NCBI GenBank assembly: GCA_017445025.1
Contig: JAFSVJ010000084.1
Coordinates: forward strand, 980-64,979
Reading direction: 5' to 3'
Source: Abditibacteriota bacterium
Lineage (GTDB): Bacteria; Armatimonadota; UBA5829
DNA length: 64,000 nucleotides
Under the pieces are notes generated by a model that was not told the origin of the DNA, searched no databases, and worked only from the letters and a program-made list of their open reading frames with translations. The translations under genes were made by a program, and so were the position numbers. Numbering within the stretch: the stretch's first letter is position 1; the number at the start of each line of letters is the position of its first letter. Positions 1 to 9,451 of this stretch are shown here, piece after piece.

Positions 1-1011
1 CAGAGATATGTGGACCTTGTGATTAACGAAGACTCCAAAAAAACCTTTATTATGAGAAGTAAAATCGTATCTGCCATGAGAAGGTTTTATGAGTCTCGGG
101 GCTATTTGGAAGTGGAAACCCCCACTCTTCAAAGCGTAGCCGGTGGTGCCGCCGCTCGTCCTTTCCTAACTCACCACAACGCTCTTGACATGGAATTCCA
201 CCTGAGAATTTCTCTTGAATTATATCTAAAAAGACTTATTGTGGGTGGTCTGGAAAAGGTTTTTGAAATAGGAAGAGTTTTCAGGAACGAAGGAATAGAC
301 ACAAGGCATAACCCCGAATTCACCTTAATGGAATCCTATGAAGCCTATGCCGATTTGGATGATGTTATGGATCTTGTGGAAGATATGTTTAGGTTTATCT
401 GCACAGAGGTCCACGGTGTGCCTCAGTGTGAATTCCAAGGTGAGATTATAGATTTCGGCAAAAAGTGGAGAAGGCTTCCCATGCTCCAAGGAATTGAAGA
501 GTATGCGGGCATAAAACCGGAACAATTTGCCACTCTTGAAAGCTCCCTTGCCGCCCTTGAAAGTTTGGGCATAGACACGGAAGGGGAAACCATGATAGGT
601 GGAATAATTGAGAAGATACACGAAAGATATGTTCAACCTCAGTTGATTCAACCTACATTTATAACTGATTTCCCGACAGAAAATTCACCTCTTGCCAAGA
701 AGAAACTTGACGACCCCTCTCTTACAAGAAGGTTTGAGGTTTATATAGCAAAACAGGAGTGCGGAAACGCTTTCAGTGAGATTAACGACCCCGTAGACCA
801 AAAGGAGAGATTTATTCTCCAAGGTAAACAGAGAGAAGCCGGTGATGAAGAAGCTCACCCAATGGATGAAGACTACATCAGAGCCCTTGAATACGGTATG
901 CCACCCTGTGGCGGTCTCGGTGTGGGAATAGACAGATTAACCATGATTATGTTAAACAAGACATCCATAAGGGATGTGGTCCTGTTCCCTCAAATGAAAC
1001 CGGAACAATAA
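1..1011 (+). CDS. lysS: Lysine--tRNA ligase (class II), 5'-truncated by the window edge
   Basis: Motifs YLEVETPTL, GGAAARPF, FRNEGIDTRHNPEFT, EYGMPP.GG.G.GIDRL, SIRDVVLFP. Confidence 0.97.
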   Translation, partial: QRYVDLVINEDSKKTFIMRSKIVSAMRRFYESRGYLEVETPTLQSVAGGAAARPFLTHHNALDMEFHLRISLELYLKRLIVGGLEKVFEIGRVFRNEGIDTRHNPEFTLMESYEAYADLDDVMDLVEDMFRFICTEVHGVPQCEFQGEIIDFGKKWRRLPMLQGIEEYAGIKPEQFATLESSLAALESLGIDTEGETMIGGIIEKIHERYVQPQLIQPTFITDFPTENSPLAKKKLDDPSLTRRFEVYIAKQECGNAFSEINDPVDQKERFILQGKQREAGDEEAHPMDEDYIRALEYGMPPCGGLGVGIDRLTMIMLNKTSIRDVVLFPQMKPEQ

Positions 1012-1017
1012 AATATT

Positions 1018-1047
1018 AAAAAGGAGCGATTTTTCGCTCCTTTTTTT
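1018..1047 (+). terminator. Intrinsic terminator after lysS
   Basis: AAAAAGGAGCGA-TTTT-TCGCTCCTTTTTTT hairpin followed by a T tract. Confidence 0.85.
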
Positions 1048-1283
1048 GTAATCAGAAATCAGAAATATGTAATCAGAAATCAGAAATCCATCCCCCCGTC
1101 TTTTTTGCTACGCAAAAAATCCACCCCCCCCAAAAACTCTGTCGAGTTTCAGGGGGGCAGAGTGGGGCTTTGCCCCACTTAGGTTACCGGTGTGCGAAAT
1201 TTCTATAAACTTGTTTTATTTTTCATAATATGTTATAATATAGTGGTAAATAATCTAAAATTTATATAATATGTGAGGCGAAT

Positions 1284-2723
1284 ATGGCTAAAATAACTCC
1301 TTCCCCCGGAAACAGTATTTCCGTTGTAATCAAGTATAACCAAAACGACGGAACTTTATCAAAAATAATTGAGACAATAGAATCCAACAACGGTTCTCTC
1401 GGACCTATTGACATAATCGAATCCGAAAGAGTGACAATTATTCGTGATTTCGCTATAAACCTTGTAAAAGATACAGACTGTGCTTCTATGGTTGCCGCTC
1501 TCAAAGCTATTGATAATGTAGAGATTATTGACGTTATTGACAGAACCTTTGATATGCACATAGGCGGAAAAATCGATGTTGTTTCCAAAGAACATCTTTA
1601 CGACTACGACCAACTCTCTATGGCTTACACCCCCGGTGTTGCAAGAGTATGTAAAGCTATTGAAACCGATCCCCAAAAGGCTTTTGATTACACCATACGA
1701 CAAAACACAGTTGCCGTTATTACCGACGGAACAGCTGTTTTAGGTCTCGGTGACATAGGAGCCACAGCAGGTCTTCCCGTTATGGAAGGAAAATGTGTTC
1801 TCTTCAAAGAATTTGCAGATGTAAACGCATTCCCCATTTGTGTGGGAACCAAGGATTTTGACGAACTCTTAGCCACATGTAAAAACATTATAGGAACCTT
1901 CGGTGGTGTAAACCTTGAAGATATTTCCGCTCCTCGTTGTTTTGACCTTGAAAGAGAACTTCAAAAAGTATCCGATATCCCCATTTTCCACGATGACCAA
2001 CACGGAACAGCCACAGTTTGCGGAGCCGGTTTCATAAACGCTCTTAAGGTAACAGGCAAAGATCCTTCAAAGATGAGACTTGTAGTTTCAGGTGCCGGTG
2101 CTTCAGCTATGGCTTGCACAAGAGCCTTATTGGACCTCGGTATCGGTGACGCTATCTTATGTGACCGAAAGGGTGCATTATATGACGGTCGTCCCGACCT
2201 AACTCCCGACGGAAACAAAGCCAAATACTGGGCATCTAAGATGTTTAACAAAGACAACATGCAAGGTTCACTTAAAGATGTTTTGAAAGGTGCGGATATG
2301 TTCCTTGGTCTTTCCGGTCCTAACCTCTTAACCGGTGAAGATATCAGAACCATGAACGAAGGTTGTATAATCTTCGCTATGTCCAACCCAACTCCGGAAG
2401 TTCCTCTTGAAGACTGCTACGGTTACGCATCCGTAGTTGCCTCCGGAAGAAGTGACTATCCTAACCAGGTTAACAACGTTCTCTGCTTCCCCGGACTGTT
2501 CAAAGGACTTATGGAAGCCGGTGCAAAAATGGTGACAAGAGAAATGCAAAGAGCTGCAGCTCAAGCTATTGCCGACTGTATTGAAAACCCAACCGCTGAC
2601 AACATTATCCCCGGTGCATACACACCCGGTATTGCAGACGCGGTTGCAGCAGCTGTTAAGAAAGTTGCCCTTGATGAGAGCATACCAAAGACACCTATAT
2701 TCTTTGATTTTGATAAATTCTAA
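1284..2723 (+). CDS. NAD(P)-dependent malic enzyme with N-terminal ACT-like domain
   Basis: AYTPGVA, DGTAVLGLGDIG, PVMEGK, NLEDISAPRCF, FHDDQHGTA, GRSDYPNQVNN. Confidence 0.93.
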   Translation: MAKITPSPGNSISVVIKYNQNDGTLSKIIETIESNNGSLGPIDIIESERVTIIRDFAINLVKDTDCASMVAALKAIDNVEIIDVIDRTFDMHIGGKIDVVSKEHLYDYDQLSMAYTPGVARVCKAIETDPQKAFDYTIRQNTVAVITDGTAVLGLGDIGATAGLPVMEGKCVLFKEFADVNAFPICVGTKDFDELLATCKNIIGTFGGVNLEDISAPRCFDLERELQKVSDIPIFHDDQHGTATVCGAGFINALKVTGKDPSKMRLVVSGAGASAMACTRALLDLGIGDAILCDRKGALYDGRPDLTPDGNKAKYWASKMFNKDNMQGSLKDVLKGADMFLGLSGPNLLTGEDIRTMNEGCIIFAMSNPTPEVPLEDCYGYASVVASGRSDYPNQVNNVLCFPGLFKGLMEAGAKMVTREMQRAAAQAIADCIENPTADNIIPGAYTPGIADAVAAAVKKVALDESIPKTPIFFDFDKF

Positions 2724-2738
2724 TAAGACATTAATACT

Positions 2739-2765
2739 AAAAGGAGCTTTTTAGCTCCTTTTTTT
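2739..2765 (+). terminator. Intrinsic terminator after malic enzyme gene
   Basis: AAAAGGAGCT-TTT-AGCTCCTTTTTTT. Confidence 0.8.
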
Positions 2766-3259
2766 ATAATCTGCTAAGGTAGTTTGTCGCCTAAGTCACG
2801 GGAACCGGTGAAGTAGGAGCACTAAAACCCCCCTTGAGGGGGGTCATCGGGGGGGTGAAGTCAGGCAGGACCACCCCCGCCCTCCGGGGTGGGGGTCGTC
2901 ATTTTTGGTGTTTTGCAAAGCAAAACAGTCAAAAATGGCGGGGGCGGGGGAATTCGCAAAACAACGATTTTGCGATTATAAGAAGAAAAATGATTTTGCG
3001 TAGCAAAATCTTTATAAAGTGGTAAACCCAAATAAATTTGCATACTTGCAAATTTATAAACCTAAATTTTGCGAAGCAAAATAAATTTTGTAAACTTTAG
3101 GCTTATCTTATCTATACCTCTCCTTGAAAATCTGCTCGTGGTCGCGAGCGATTTTCAATGGTCCCCTTTATCAAAAGGGGAGATTGTCTTAAACTTTAAA
3201 AAAACCCTAAAATGTGGTATAATATATATAGATAAAAAAATAACTGTTGGAGAGATAAA

Positions 3260-4735
3260 ATGGATCGATGGAGCAATAGATTTTTACTTGTTTTGGCTGT
3301 GGCCGGGGGTGCCATAGGTATAGGTAATTTTCTTAGGTTTCCGACACTGTTTGCTCAATACGGAGGGTTGTTTTTAATCCCATATCTTCTAAGTTTCTGC
3401 GTTTTGGGTTTACCTTTAATGTTTACGGAGTGGATTTTGGGGGCTATGGCAAGAGATGTAAAAATGAACTCTCTTGCTTCTTTCTTGGAAGTTTATCATA
3501 AAAACAGAGTATTAAAATATTTCGGCATTGCGGCACTCAGTGCTTGTCTTATTATTTCCGGCTACTATATGTATATTGAAAGTTGGATTTTGGGTTACGG
3601 TTGGATTTCCGCTACCGGCGGTTTCAAAAATATGGAAGCCTCTGCCATGGGTGATTTTTTGAGCAGTTATATGACCATGGGGGACGGAGTTTGTGATATT
3701 CTCTGCATTGTTTGTCTTATTATAACTCTTTTCCTAAACTACTATTTCACCGCAAAGGGTATTGCCAAGGGTATTGCCACTCTTATTAAAGTTTCCATGC
3801 CCTTGTTAATGATAATTGCTCTTATAATGCTTGTGAAAGTCTTCTTTACTCCCGGTTCTTTTGAAGGTATTAAATATATGTTTCAGCCTCGTGCGAGCCT
3901 GTGGGACACCAAAATGTGGATAGACGCCGCCAGTCAAATGTTTTTCTCTCTGTCTGTGGGCTTTACCGCCACTTTCACTTATGTCACTTATGCAGATAAG
4001 AATTTGGATATATCAAATCAAGGACTTATGGCTTCCTTTATGAACGTGGGAATGGAAGTTTTGATTGCCTCATTTATTGCTATTCCCGTGTCATACATTG
4101 CTTTCGGTGCGGACAAAATCCAAGATGTTGTAAAGGGTTCCTCCATAGCTTTCGGTATGGTTAGTATGCCTTCCATTTTCAACAATATTCCCGGGGGCCA
4201 ATTTTGGAGCTTTTTGTGGTTCTTCTTGCTCTTTATTGCGGCTCTCACCAGTTCTCTCTCCATTGTTCAACCTTCCGCATCATTTTTTTGTAATAAGTTT
4301 AAGAAAAGCAAGGTTTGGGGATCTGTTATGTCCTTCCTTGTTTGTCTTATAATCATTGTGCCAAGTGTTTTGTGTGCTGTGGGAATAGACGAATTTGACT
4401 TTTGGGCAAACTCATTTATAGTGCCCTTAGGTGCTCTTTTCCTAATAGTAATTGTTTATGCCATAGGTAAGGAGAAGTGTTGGGTATGTTTTGAAAACAA
4501 TTCCACAAGCAAGCTTAACGACTTTATGAAATTTAATATCAGTTGGGCGACACCCTTCTTTTTGATAGTGGTGGTTGTTTTGTATATATTTAATTATGGA
4601 AAAGAAATAATAACCTGTGCAAATTATGAGCCGGAGAAAATACCTCAGGTGATTTTGTGCAGAGGTTTAATGCTTGCCATTGTATTGATTTACGCCTTAA
4701 TTATTCATTTTAAGAAGATTAAGCCGGAGGAATGA
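3260..4735 (+). CDS. Sodium-dependent transporter, NSS/SNF family
   Basis: W.NRF..LAVAGGAIGIGNFLRFP, GG.FLIPY, W.DA.SQ.FFSLSVG, AALTSSLS; many hydrophobic segments. Confidence 0.92.
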   Translation: MDRWSNRFLLVLAVAGGAIGIGNFLRFPTLFAQYGGLFLIPYLLSFCVLGLPLMFTEWILGAMARDVKMNSLASFLEVYHKNRVLKYFGIAALSACLIISGYYMYIESWILGYGWISATGGFKNMEASAMGDFLSSYMTMGDGVCDILCIVCLIITLFLNYYFTAKGIAKGIATLIKVSMPLLMIIALIMLVKVFFTPGSFEGIKYMFQPRASLWDTKMWIDAASQMFFSLSVGFTATFTYVTYADKNLDISNQGLMASFMNVGMEVLIASFIAIPVSYIAFGADKIQDVVKGSSIAFGMVSMPSIFNNIPGGQFWSFLWFFLLFIAALTSSLSIVQPSASFFCNKFKKSKVWGSVMSFLVCLIIIVPSVLCAVGIDEFDFWANSFIVPLGALFLIVIVYAIGKEKCWVCFENNSTSKLNDFMKFNISWATPFFLIVVVVLYIFNYGKEIITCANYEPEKIPQVILCRGLMLAIVLIYALIIHFKKIKPEE

Positions 4736-5769
4736 TTATGAACGTTGCTGTTATAGGTTGTGGGGGAATAGCCAAAAAAGGTCATTTTCCCAATATAGAC
4801 AAATTACCGAATTTGACTCTCTACGGTGTCTGCGATGTGGATATTGAGAGAGCAAAGGATATTCAAAAAACTTATAACTGTCCGAAAGTGACAGATGATT
4901 ATAAAGAATTGTTAATGGACTCCCAAGTAGACTCCGTTCACATATGCACTCCAAATTTTCTACACAAAACCATAGCTGTGGAAGCTCTTAAAGCAAAAAA
5001 ACATGTCATAGTGGAAAAACCCATTGCCATTACAGTTGCCGACGCTGAGGAGATTTTTAAAACAGCAAAAGAGAATAATGTTTATGTTATGTCTGCCAAC
5101 TGTTTCAGATATGTGACTGAAGCCACCATGCTGAAAAAATTTATGGACGCCGACATGTTAGGGGAGATTTATTATGCCAAGGTGGAAGCCCTAAGGCGTA
5201 GAGGTATCCCTCCTCACGGAGTTTTTACCAGTAAGGAAAAGCAAGGCGGGGGCCCCTTAATTGATATTTGTATACATGTTATTGATATGGCTATGTATCT
5301 TCTCGGAAACCCAAAGCCTGTGGCTGTGTCAGGTGCTTCCTTTGCCAAAATCGGCCCCTTTGAAGGTCATGCCACAGGGGTGAGAGGACCTTGGAACCCT
5401 AAGGAATTTGAGGTTGAGGATTTTGCCTGCGGAATGGTGAGATTTGAAACAGGACAGGTTATGCAAATAGAAACATCCTTTGCCGCAAACATAGAGAAAG
5501 ATAAGCAAAATGTGACCCTGTTGGGAGATAAGGGCGGTGCAGAAACCCAACCTTTAAAGGTTTACACGGAACACGGTGGATTTATGACTGACGTGACGCC
5601 AGTGTTGGTGGATAAAACCAATTTTTATGAAGTGGAAATAAAAGGTTTTTATGAGGCAATAGAGAAAGGCACGGATACTCCCATTAAGAAAGATGAAGTA
5701 ATAAATGTTATGAAGATTATTGAAGGGCTTTACAAATCTGCGGAAAGGGGCCAAGAGGTAATGCTGTAG
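4732..5769 (+). CDS. Gfo/Idh/MocA family oxidoreductase
   Basis: VAVIGCGGIA Rossmann motif, HVIVEKP, GGGPLIDICIH; ATGA overlap with the transporter gene. Confidence 0.92.
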   Translation: MIMNVAVIGCGGIAKKGHFPNIDKLPNLTLYGVCDVDIERAKDIQKTYNCPKVTDDYKELLMDSQVDSVHICTPNFLHKTIAVEALKAKKHVIVEKPIAITVADAEEIFKTAKENNVYVMSANCFRYVTEATMLKKFMDADMLGEIYYAKVEALRRRGIPPHGVFTSKEKQGGGPLIDICIHVIDMAMYLLGNPKPVAVSGASFAKIGPFEGHATGVRGPWNPKEFEVEDFACGMVRFETGQVMQIETSFAANIEKDKQNVTLLGDKGGAETQPLKVYTEHGGFMTDVTPVLVDKTNFYEVEIKGFYEAIEKGTDTPIKKDEVINVMKIIEGLYKSAERGQEVML

Positions 5770-5907
5770 TTTCCCGTAGGGGTTAATTCTGTTTTTGTTA
5801 ATGCGTTAGCTTGGCACTTAACCTCCTTGAAAGGAATTTGCGAATCAAATTCAGTTCAAAGAGGGTGGGTGGGTCTTAGGGGATATTTAAGTTTTTAGGT
5901 TGCAAAT

Positions 5908-6711
5908 ATGAAAAAGATATTATTTATTATATGTATTGTTTTGATTATTATCATAGCTGTTTTTTGCTATACCAATTTGACTTTCACAGGAATTTATGTT
6001 AATGATAAACTTGCTTCTTACGCTCCCAATAGGTTTTACGCTAAAAAGTGGGTTAATAAGGTTATTTCCGAGAAAAAATATTTTAGCCCGGATGTAGTGA
6101 TAAATGACAAAATCACCTACAAAAAAGCAAATAAAAATGATGATAAATTTAAAATCAAAAACAAAGATGGTGAAGTTGTCAAAGATATAAATACAATCAG
6201 AGAATTTTCCTTAATAAATTTGGAACACGCCATTACGGCACAAGTGCCTTGTACCATTATTGTGGTAGACGGTGAACCTTTACTCGGACTTCCCACAAAA
6301 GATAATGCGGGAGAGTTTCTCATAGCTGTTAAGGATAAGTTTAAACTTCCCGGTTGTGAAGAGCCTGAGATTAAAGAAAACATAACCATAGACAATTCTG
6401 CCATTGATGTTCATAAGTTTTTCAGAAGCGTAGATAAAGCTTTGGAATATATCTCTGAAGGGGACAATAAAATAACTGTTGTGGTGAGAAAACCCTTTAA
6501 CAAAGAAGTTCCTGTCCCTCAAACTACAGTTAAGGTATCTTCCTCAAAAATACCTTTCGGAAAACAGAAGGTTATCTCCAAAGGATCTCCCGGAAAGAAA
6601 ATAATCACAGGATATACTATTTTTGAAAACGGAAAGAAAGTCAGAGAAGAAACCACAAAGGAAGATTTTTTAATTCAACCTGTGCCTAAGCAAATTGCAA
6701 TAGGCATATAA
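5908..6711 (+). CDS. Membrane-anchored/secreted protein with C-terminal G5-like domain
   Basis: N-terminal hydrophobic segment; C-terminal G..KV..KG.PG.K......ENG......PV....G pattern. Confidence 0.7.
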   Translation: MKKILFIICIVLIIIIAVFCYTNLTFTGIYVNDKLASYAPNRFYAKKWVNKVISEKKYFSPDVVINDKITYKKANKNDDKFKIKNKDGEVVKDINTIREFSLINLEHAITAQVPCTIIVVDGEPLLGLPTKDNAGEFLIAVKDKFKLPGCEEPEIKENITIDNSAIDVHKFFRSVDKALEYISEGDNKITVVVRKPFNKEVPVPQTTVKVSSSKIPFGKQKVISKGSPGKKIITGYTIFENGKKVREETTKEDFLIQPVPKQIAIGI

Positions 6712-6794
6712 GAAAATATCAAACCCCACACCCCCTTAAAAGATCGTAAAATAAAAAAAATTTTTACTTTTTTTCAAAAAACACTGTTTATTAC

Positions 6795-6823
6795 TTGACA
6801 TTTATTGTAAAATAGTTTATAAT
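6795..6823 (+). promoter_or_regulatory. Consensus sigma70 promoter for the small Pro-rich protein genes
   Basis: TTGACA(6795-6800)-17 bp-TATAAT(6818-6823). Confidence 0.8.
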
Positions 6824-6926
6824 ATAATTAGAGATACAAAGTTTTTAAAAGCCCGTGGACAGATGTGATAAACATTGTTGATAATTGTGAATAATATCAG
6901 TCTACGGAGATTATAAGGAGAAAAAG

Positions 6927-7232
6927 ATGAAGAAAGACTTACCAATGCCGGTAGTAATTGCAGTTCTCGTAATTGTAATTTTGGCTATTATCGGTGTATA
7001 TTGGGGAATTTCCTACGCAAAGGACAAAAAGAACCAATCCTCTATGCCTCCAATGATGCCAGGAATGAATGGTCCTATGATGCCCGGTCAAGGCGGTCCA
7101 ATGATGCCCGGTCCTAACGGCCCTAACGGTCCAATGATGCCCGGTCCTAACGGTCCTCAAGGCGGTCCTCAAGGCGGTCCTCAAGGTGGTGCACCTTCTA
7201 TGCCCGCACCTATGCCTCCCGCAGGTAACTAA
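6927..7232 (+). CDS. Small single-TM Pro/Gly/Met-rich protein (prepilin-partner family, paralog 1)
   Basis: RBS AAGGAG; MKKDLPMPVVIAVL.. TM helix; GPMMPG/GPNG/GPQG repeats. Confidence 0.8.
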   Translation: MKKDLPMPVVIAVLVIVILAIIGVYWGISYAKDKKNQSSMPPMMPGMNGPMMPGQGGPMMPGPNGPNGPMMPGPNGPQGGPQGGPQGGAPSMPAPMPPAGN

Positions 7233-7292
7233 TTAGTTTTGAATCAAAGATTGGTGTATATACGCCAATCTTTGAACTTTTTTGGAGGAAAT

Positions 7293-7583
7293 ATGAAAGA
7301 GAAGTTTCCGACTTCCTTTGTTATTGTTATAGTAATACTTTTATTACTTATAGTCGGATTTTACTATTGGGCATCCTCCGGCACAAAAGAACATATAGCA
7401 GAATCTGATGAAGCTGTTGATTCACCTACCACGCAACTTGAGGAAGAAAACCCATTCCAATCACAAGTTCAAGGTTCAAGTGAAGTTCACAAACCTCCCA
7501 AAGGATGGTCCATAGACGGTAAGGGTGGGGGTTCCATGACTCCCGGACCTAAAGGTCCCGTCCCCGGACAAAAAAATAAATGA
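7293..7583 (+). CDS. Small single-TM Pro-rich protein with WSIDG motif (paralog 2)
   Basis: GGAGG RBS before ATG 7293 (preferred over TTG 7239); MKEKFPTSFVIV TM helix; PPKGWSIDG. Confidence 0.75.
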   Translation: MKEKFPTSFVIVIVILLLLIVGFYYWASSGTKEHIAESDEAVDSPTTQLEEENPFQSQVQGSSEVHKPPKGWSIDGKGGGSMTPGPKGPVPGQKNK

Positions 7584-7593
7584 TTTTTAAGCC

Positions 7594-7620
7594 AAAACTC
7601 CCTGTATGGGAGCTTTTTTT
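7594..7620 (+). terminator. Intrinsic terminator
   Basis: AAAACTCCC-TGTAT-GGGAGCTTTTTT. Confidence 0.7.
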
Positions 7621-7857
7621 GCTATATTAACATATAATAGCCTGTCCTTATAAAAGTCGGTTTATAAGACAAAATAACCATTAAAAAAAGGGGATTGTTC
7701 TCGCAAAGAACAAACCCCATATTGATTAAAAATATTGATAAGGAGAAGGTTTTCTCCTATTAAAAACAGAACAAAAAAAACAAACTCCCAAAAAGGGAGT
7801 CTGTCTGTCCCCTTAAACTCGAAGAGTTTGGGGGGGGTGGCATTTGCGAAGCAACCT

Positions 7858-7917
7858 CCAAGGGCTCCCGAAAAGTTGAAGCATCTGCGAAAACTTTTTG
7901 GGAATGGGAAGGAGGGG
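7858..7917. repeat. 60-bp hairpin repeat module; perfect inverted copy at 11856-11915
   Basis: CCAAGGGCTCCCGAAAAGTTGAAGCATCTGCGAAAACTTTTTGGGAATGGGAAGGAGGGG; core also at ~47758-47800. Confidence 0.9.
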
Positions 7918-7930
7918 GGGATGGATATTT

Positions 7931-8152
7931 TTAGTTTCCGGGGTGAGGACCGGGTTGTGCGGGACCTGCTCCACCGCCGTCTATTGACCAACCTGCGGGA
8001 GGTTGAGCAACTGCACCTGTTGATGGCGGTAAACCCTCAGAGGTAGTAACGTCTTTCTTTGCACCGCTGCAAGCCCACCAAATAACACCAACAATAAGAA
8101 TACAAGCAACTATAATCCCTACTACAAGGGGAGTCGGTAAGTTTTTTTTCAT
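7931..8152 (-). CDS. Small single-TM Pro-rich partner of prepilin cassette A (WSIDG motif, paralog 3)
   Basis: MKKNLPTPLVVGII.. TM helix, PPAGWSIDGG; clear paralog of 11492-11722. Confidence 0.8.
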   Translation of the reverse strand: MKKNLPTPLVVGIIVACILIVGVIWWACSGAKKDVTTSEGLPPSTGAVAQPPAGWSIDGGGAGPAQPGPHPGN

Positions 8153-8229
8153 TTTTTCACCTTTATTCCATAAATTTTATATCAGTATAAAAAAAGGAGT
8201 TAGGAAACTCCTTTTTTTATGATTGCCAA

Positions 8230-9045
8230 TTACTTCCAGTAGTATTCGTAGTAAAGTTGTGGATTCCAGTATTCAGAGGTTTCACCCCAACTGTTGTTGC
8301 CTGAAGCGTCACATTTACCATAACCGGCACCTATTTTAGTATCGTCACCTAAACCGGTTGTTCTGTAAAGATCGTTTGGAACTAAAGCTCTATACATCTT
8401 TGCGTGACCGTCTAAGAAACCGGCGGGAGTTTTTCTGTTATGTCCCTTGTTAGAAACACCTCTGTAGTAGAAAAACTGCATTGATTCGATGATTGCAACG
8501 GATTCGCCCGGGTTTTCATATTCGGCAAGAGCTTCACCTTCTTTTCCCCAGTAGTCAGTTCCACCGGCCCAGAAGGGGTAAGGGCTTGGCCCACAGACAT
8601 AAGCACATGTCCAAAATGAATCACTGTAACCTTTGTTGCTGGGACATTTAAATACGCCGGGGTTCTTTCCGGTTCTTTTTCGAGCTTGATCATTATCGGT
8701 CCAGGTAATGTTATCTCCCTCTGCTAACCATTTGGCGTATGAACCGTTTCCTGCTACATAGTCATATAAACAACCTATACCGTTGGGACGACCGTCAGTT
8801 AAGTAGGCTGAAAAACATGCAAGATATGCACCTGAACCTTGTCCGTAGCATCTTGGTGTTGTTTCATCCCAGTCGTCCATGTAAAGTAATAATCCTGTGC
8901 AGATATTCTTTACATTGGACAAACAGTTGTTTCCTCTTGCTTTTTCTCTTGCTTGGGCGAATACGGGGAATAGAATTGCAGCAAGTATGGCAATAATGGC
9001 TATTACTACCAACAATTCTATTAAGGTAAAACCTTTCTTGAACAT
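8230..9045 (-). CDS. DUF1559-type prepilin with H-X9-DG motif (cassette A, complete and connected to the promoter)
   Basis: KKG|[32 protein letters not shown] class III signal peptide; C-terminal [12 protein letters not shown]; GGAGG RBS. Confidence 0.95.
   Translation of the reverse strand: MFKKGFTLIELLVVIAIIAILAAILFPVFAQAREKARGNNCLSNVKNICTGLLLYMDDWDETTPRCYGQGSGAYLACFSAYLTDGRPNGIGCLYDYVAGNGSYAKWLAEGDNITWTDNDQARKRTGKNPGVFKCPSNKGYSDSFWTCAYVCGPSPYPFWAGGTDYWGKEGEALAEYENPGESVAIIESMQFFYYRGVSNKGHNRKTPAGFLDGHAKMYRALVPNDLYRTTGLGDDTKIGAGYGKCDASGNNSWGETSEYWNPQLYYEYYWK
8987..9005 (-). repeat. Left inverted recombination site (TAATAGCCATTATTGCCAT) within prepilin A codons 14-20
   Basis: Exact reverse complement of 10627-10645; sits in imperfect dyad TGGTAGTAA-TAGCCA-TTATTGCCA. 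Confidence 0.8.
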
Positions 9046-9092
9046 TGTTAATGTTCCTCCTTTTTTTTATTTTAAATTGTTTTTTTTATAAA

Positions 9093-9378
9093 AACTTGGG
9101 TGTCCAAGTAATTACCATTATTATTATACCACAAATAAAACTTATTTGTCAAGGGGTAAAGTTGGTTTTTTTTAAACCGGAAAATATATTATGACAAAAT
9201 TTGTTTTTAAAAGTTTAACTTGGGCGTCCAAGTTATGACATTTATATTATACCACAAAACAAAACCATTTGTCAAGGCTTAAAACCACTTTTTTTAAAAA
9301 AATTAAAAAAAATTATTTTTTTTAGTTTCTGTTCTTTTTGAAACAGATTAATAATGTTTAAACTTAGACGTCCAAGTT
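9093..9378 (-). promoter_or_regulatory. Tandem sigma70 promoters with three palindromic operators
   Basis: TTGACA-18-(TGG)TATAAT at 9152-9123 and 9275-9246; operators near consensus AACTTGGACGTCCAAGTT at 9093-9110, 9217-9234, 9361-9378. Confidence 0.82.
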
Positions 9379-9451
9379 CAATTACAATATTAAAGACCAA
9401 TATAAAAAAAGTTTTGTTCCAAAGTTTAAAAAAATTTTTAATTATAGATTT

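Noticed and set aside
2770-3190. tRNA, ncRNA or small ORFs in the GC-rich intergenic stretch
   Set aside because: No cloverleaf or T-loop consensus; it consists of hairpin modules like those in other spacers, and the short ORFs lack RBS or coding character.
7662-8046. ORFs 7662-7991 and 7735-8046
   Set aside because: They overlap the real 7931-8152 gene and repeat modules; the translations derive from repeat DNA.
9093-9378. Mini CRISPR array
   Set aside because: Repeats are 18 bp with >100-bp spacing, the spacers resemble each other and contain promoters, and there are no cas genes.
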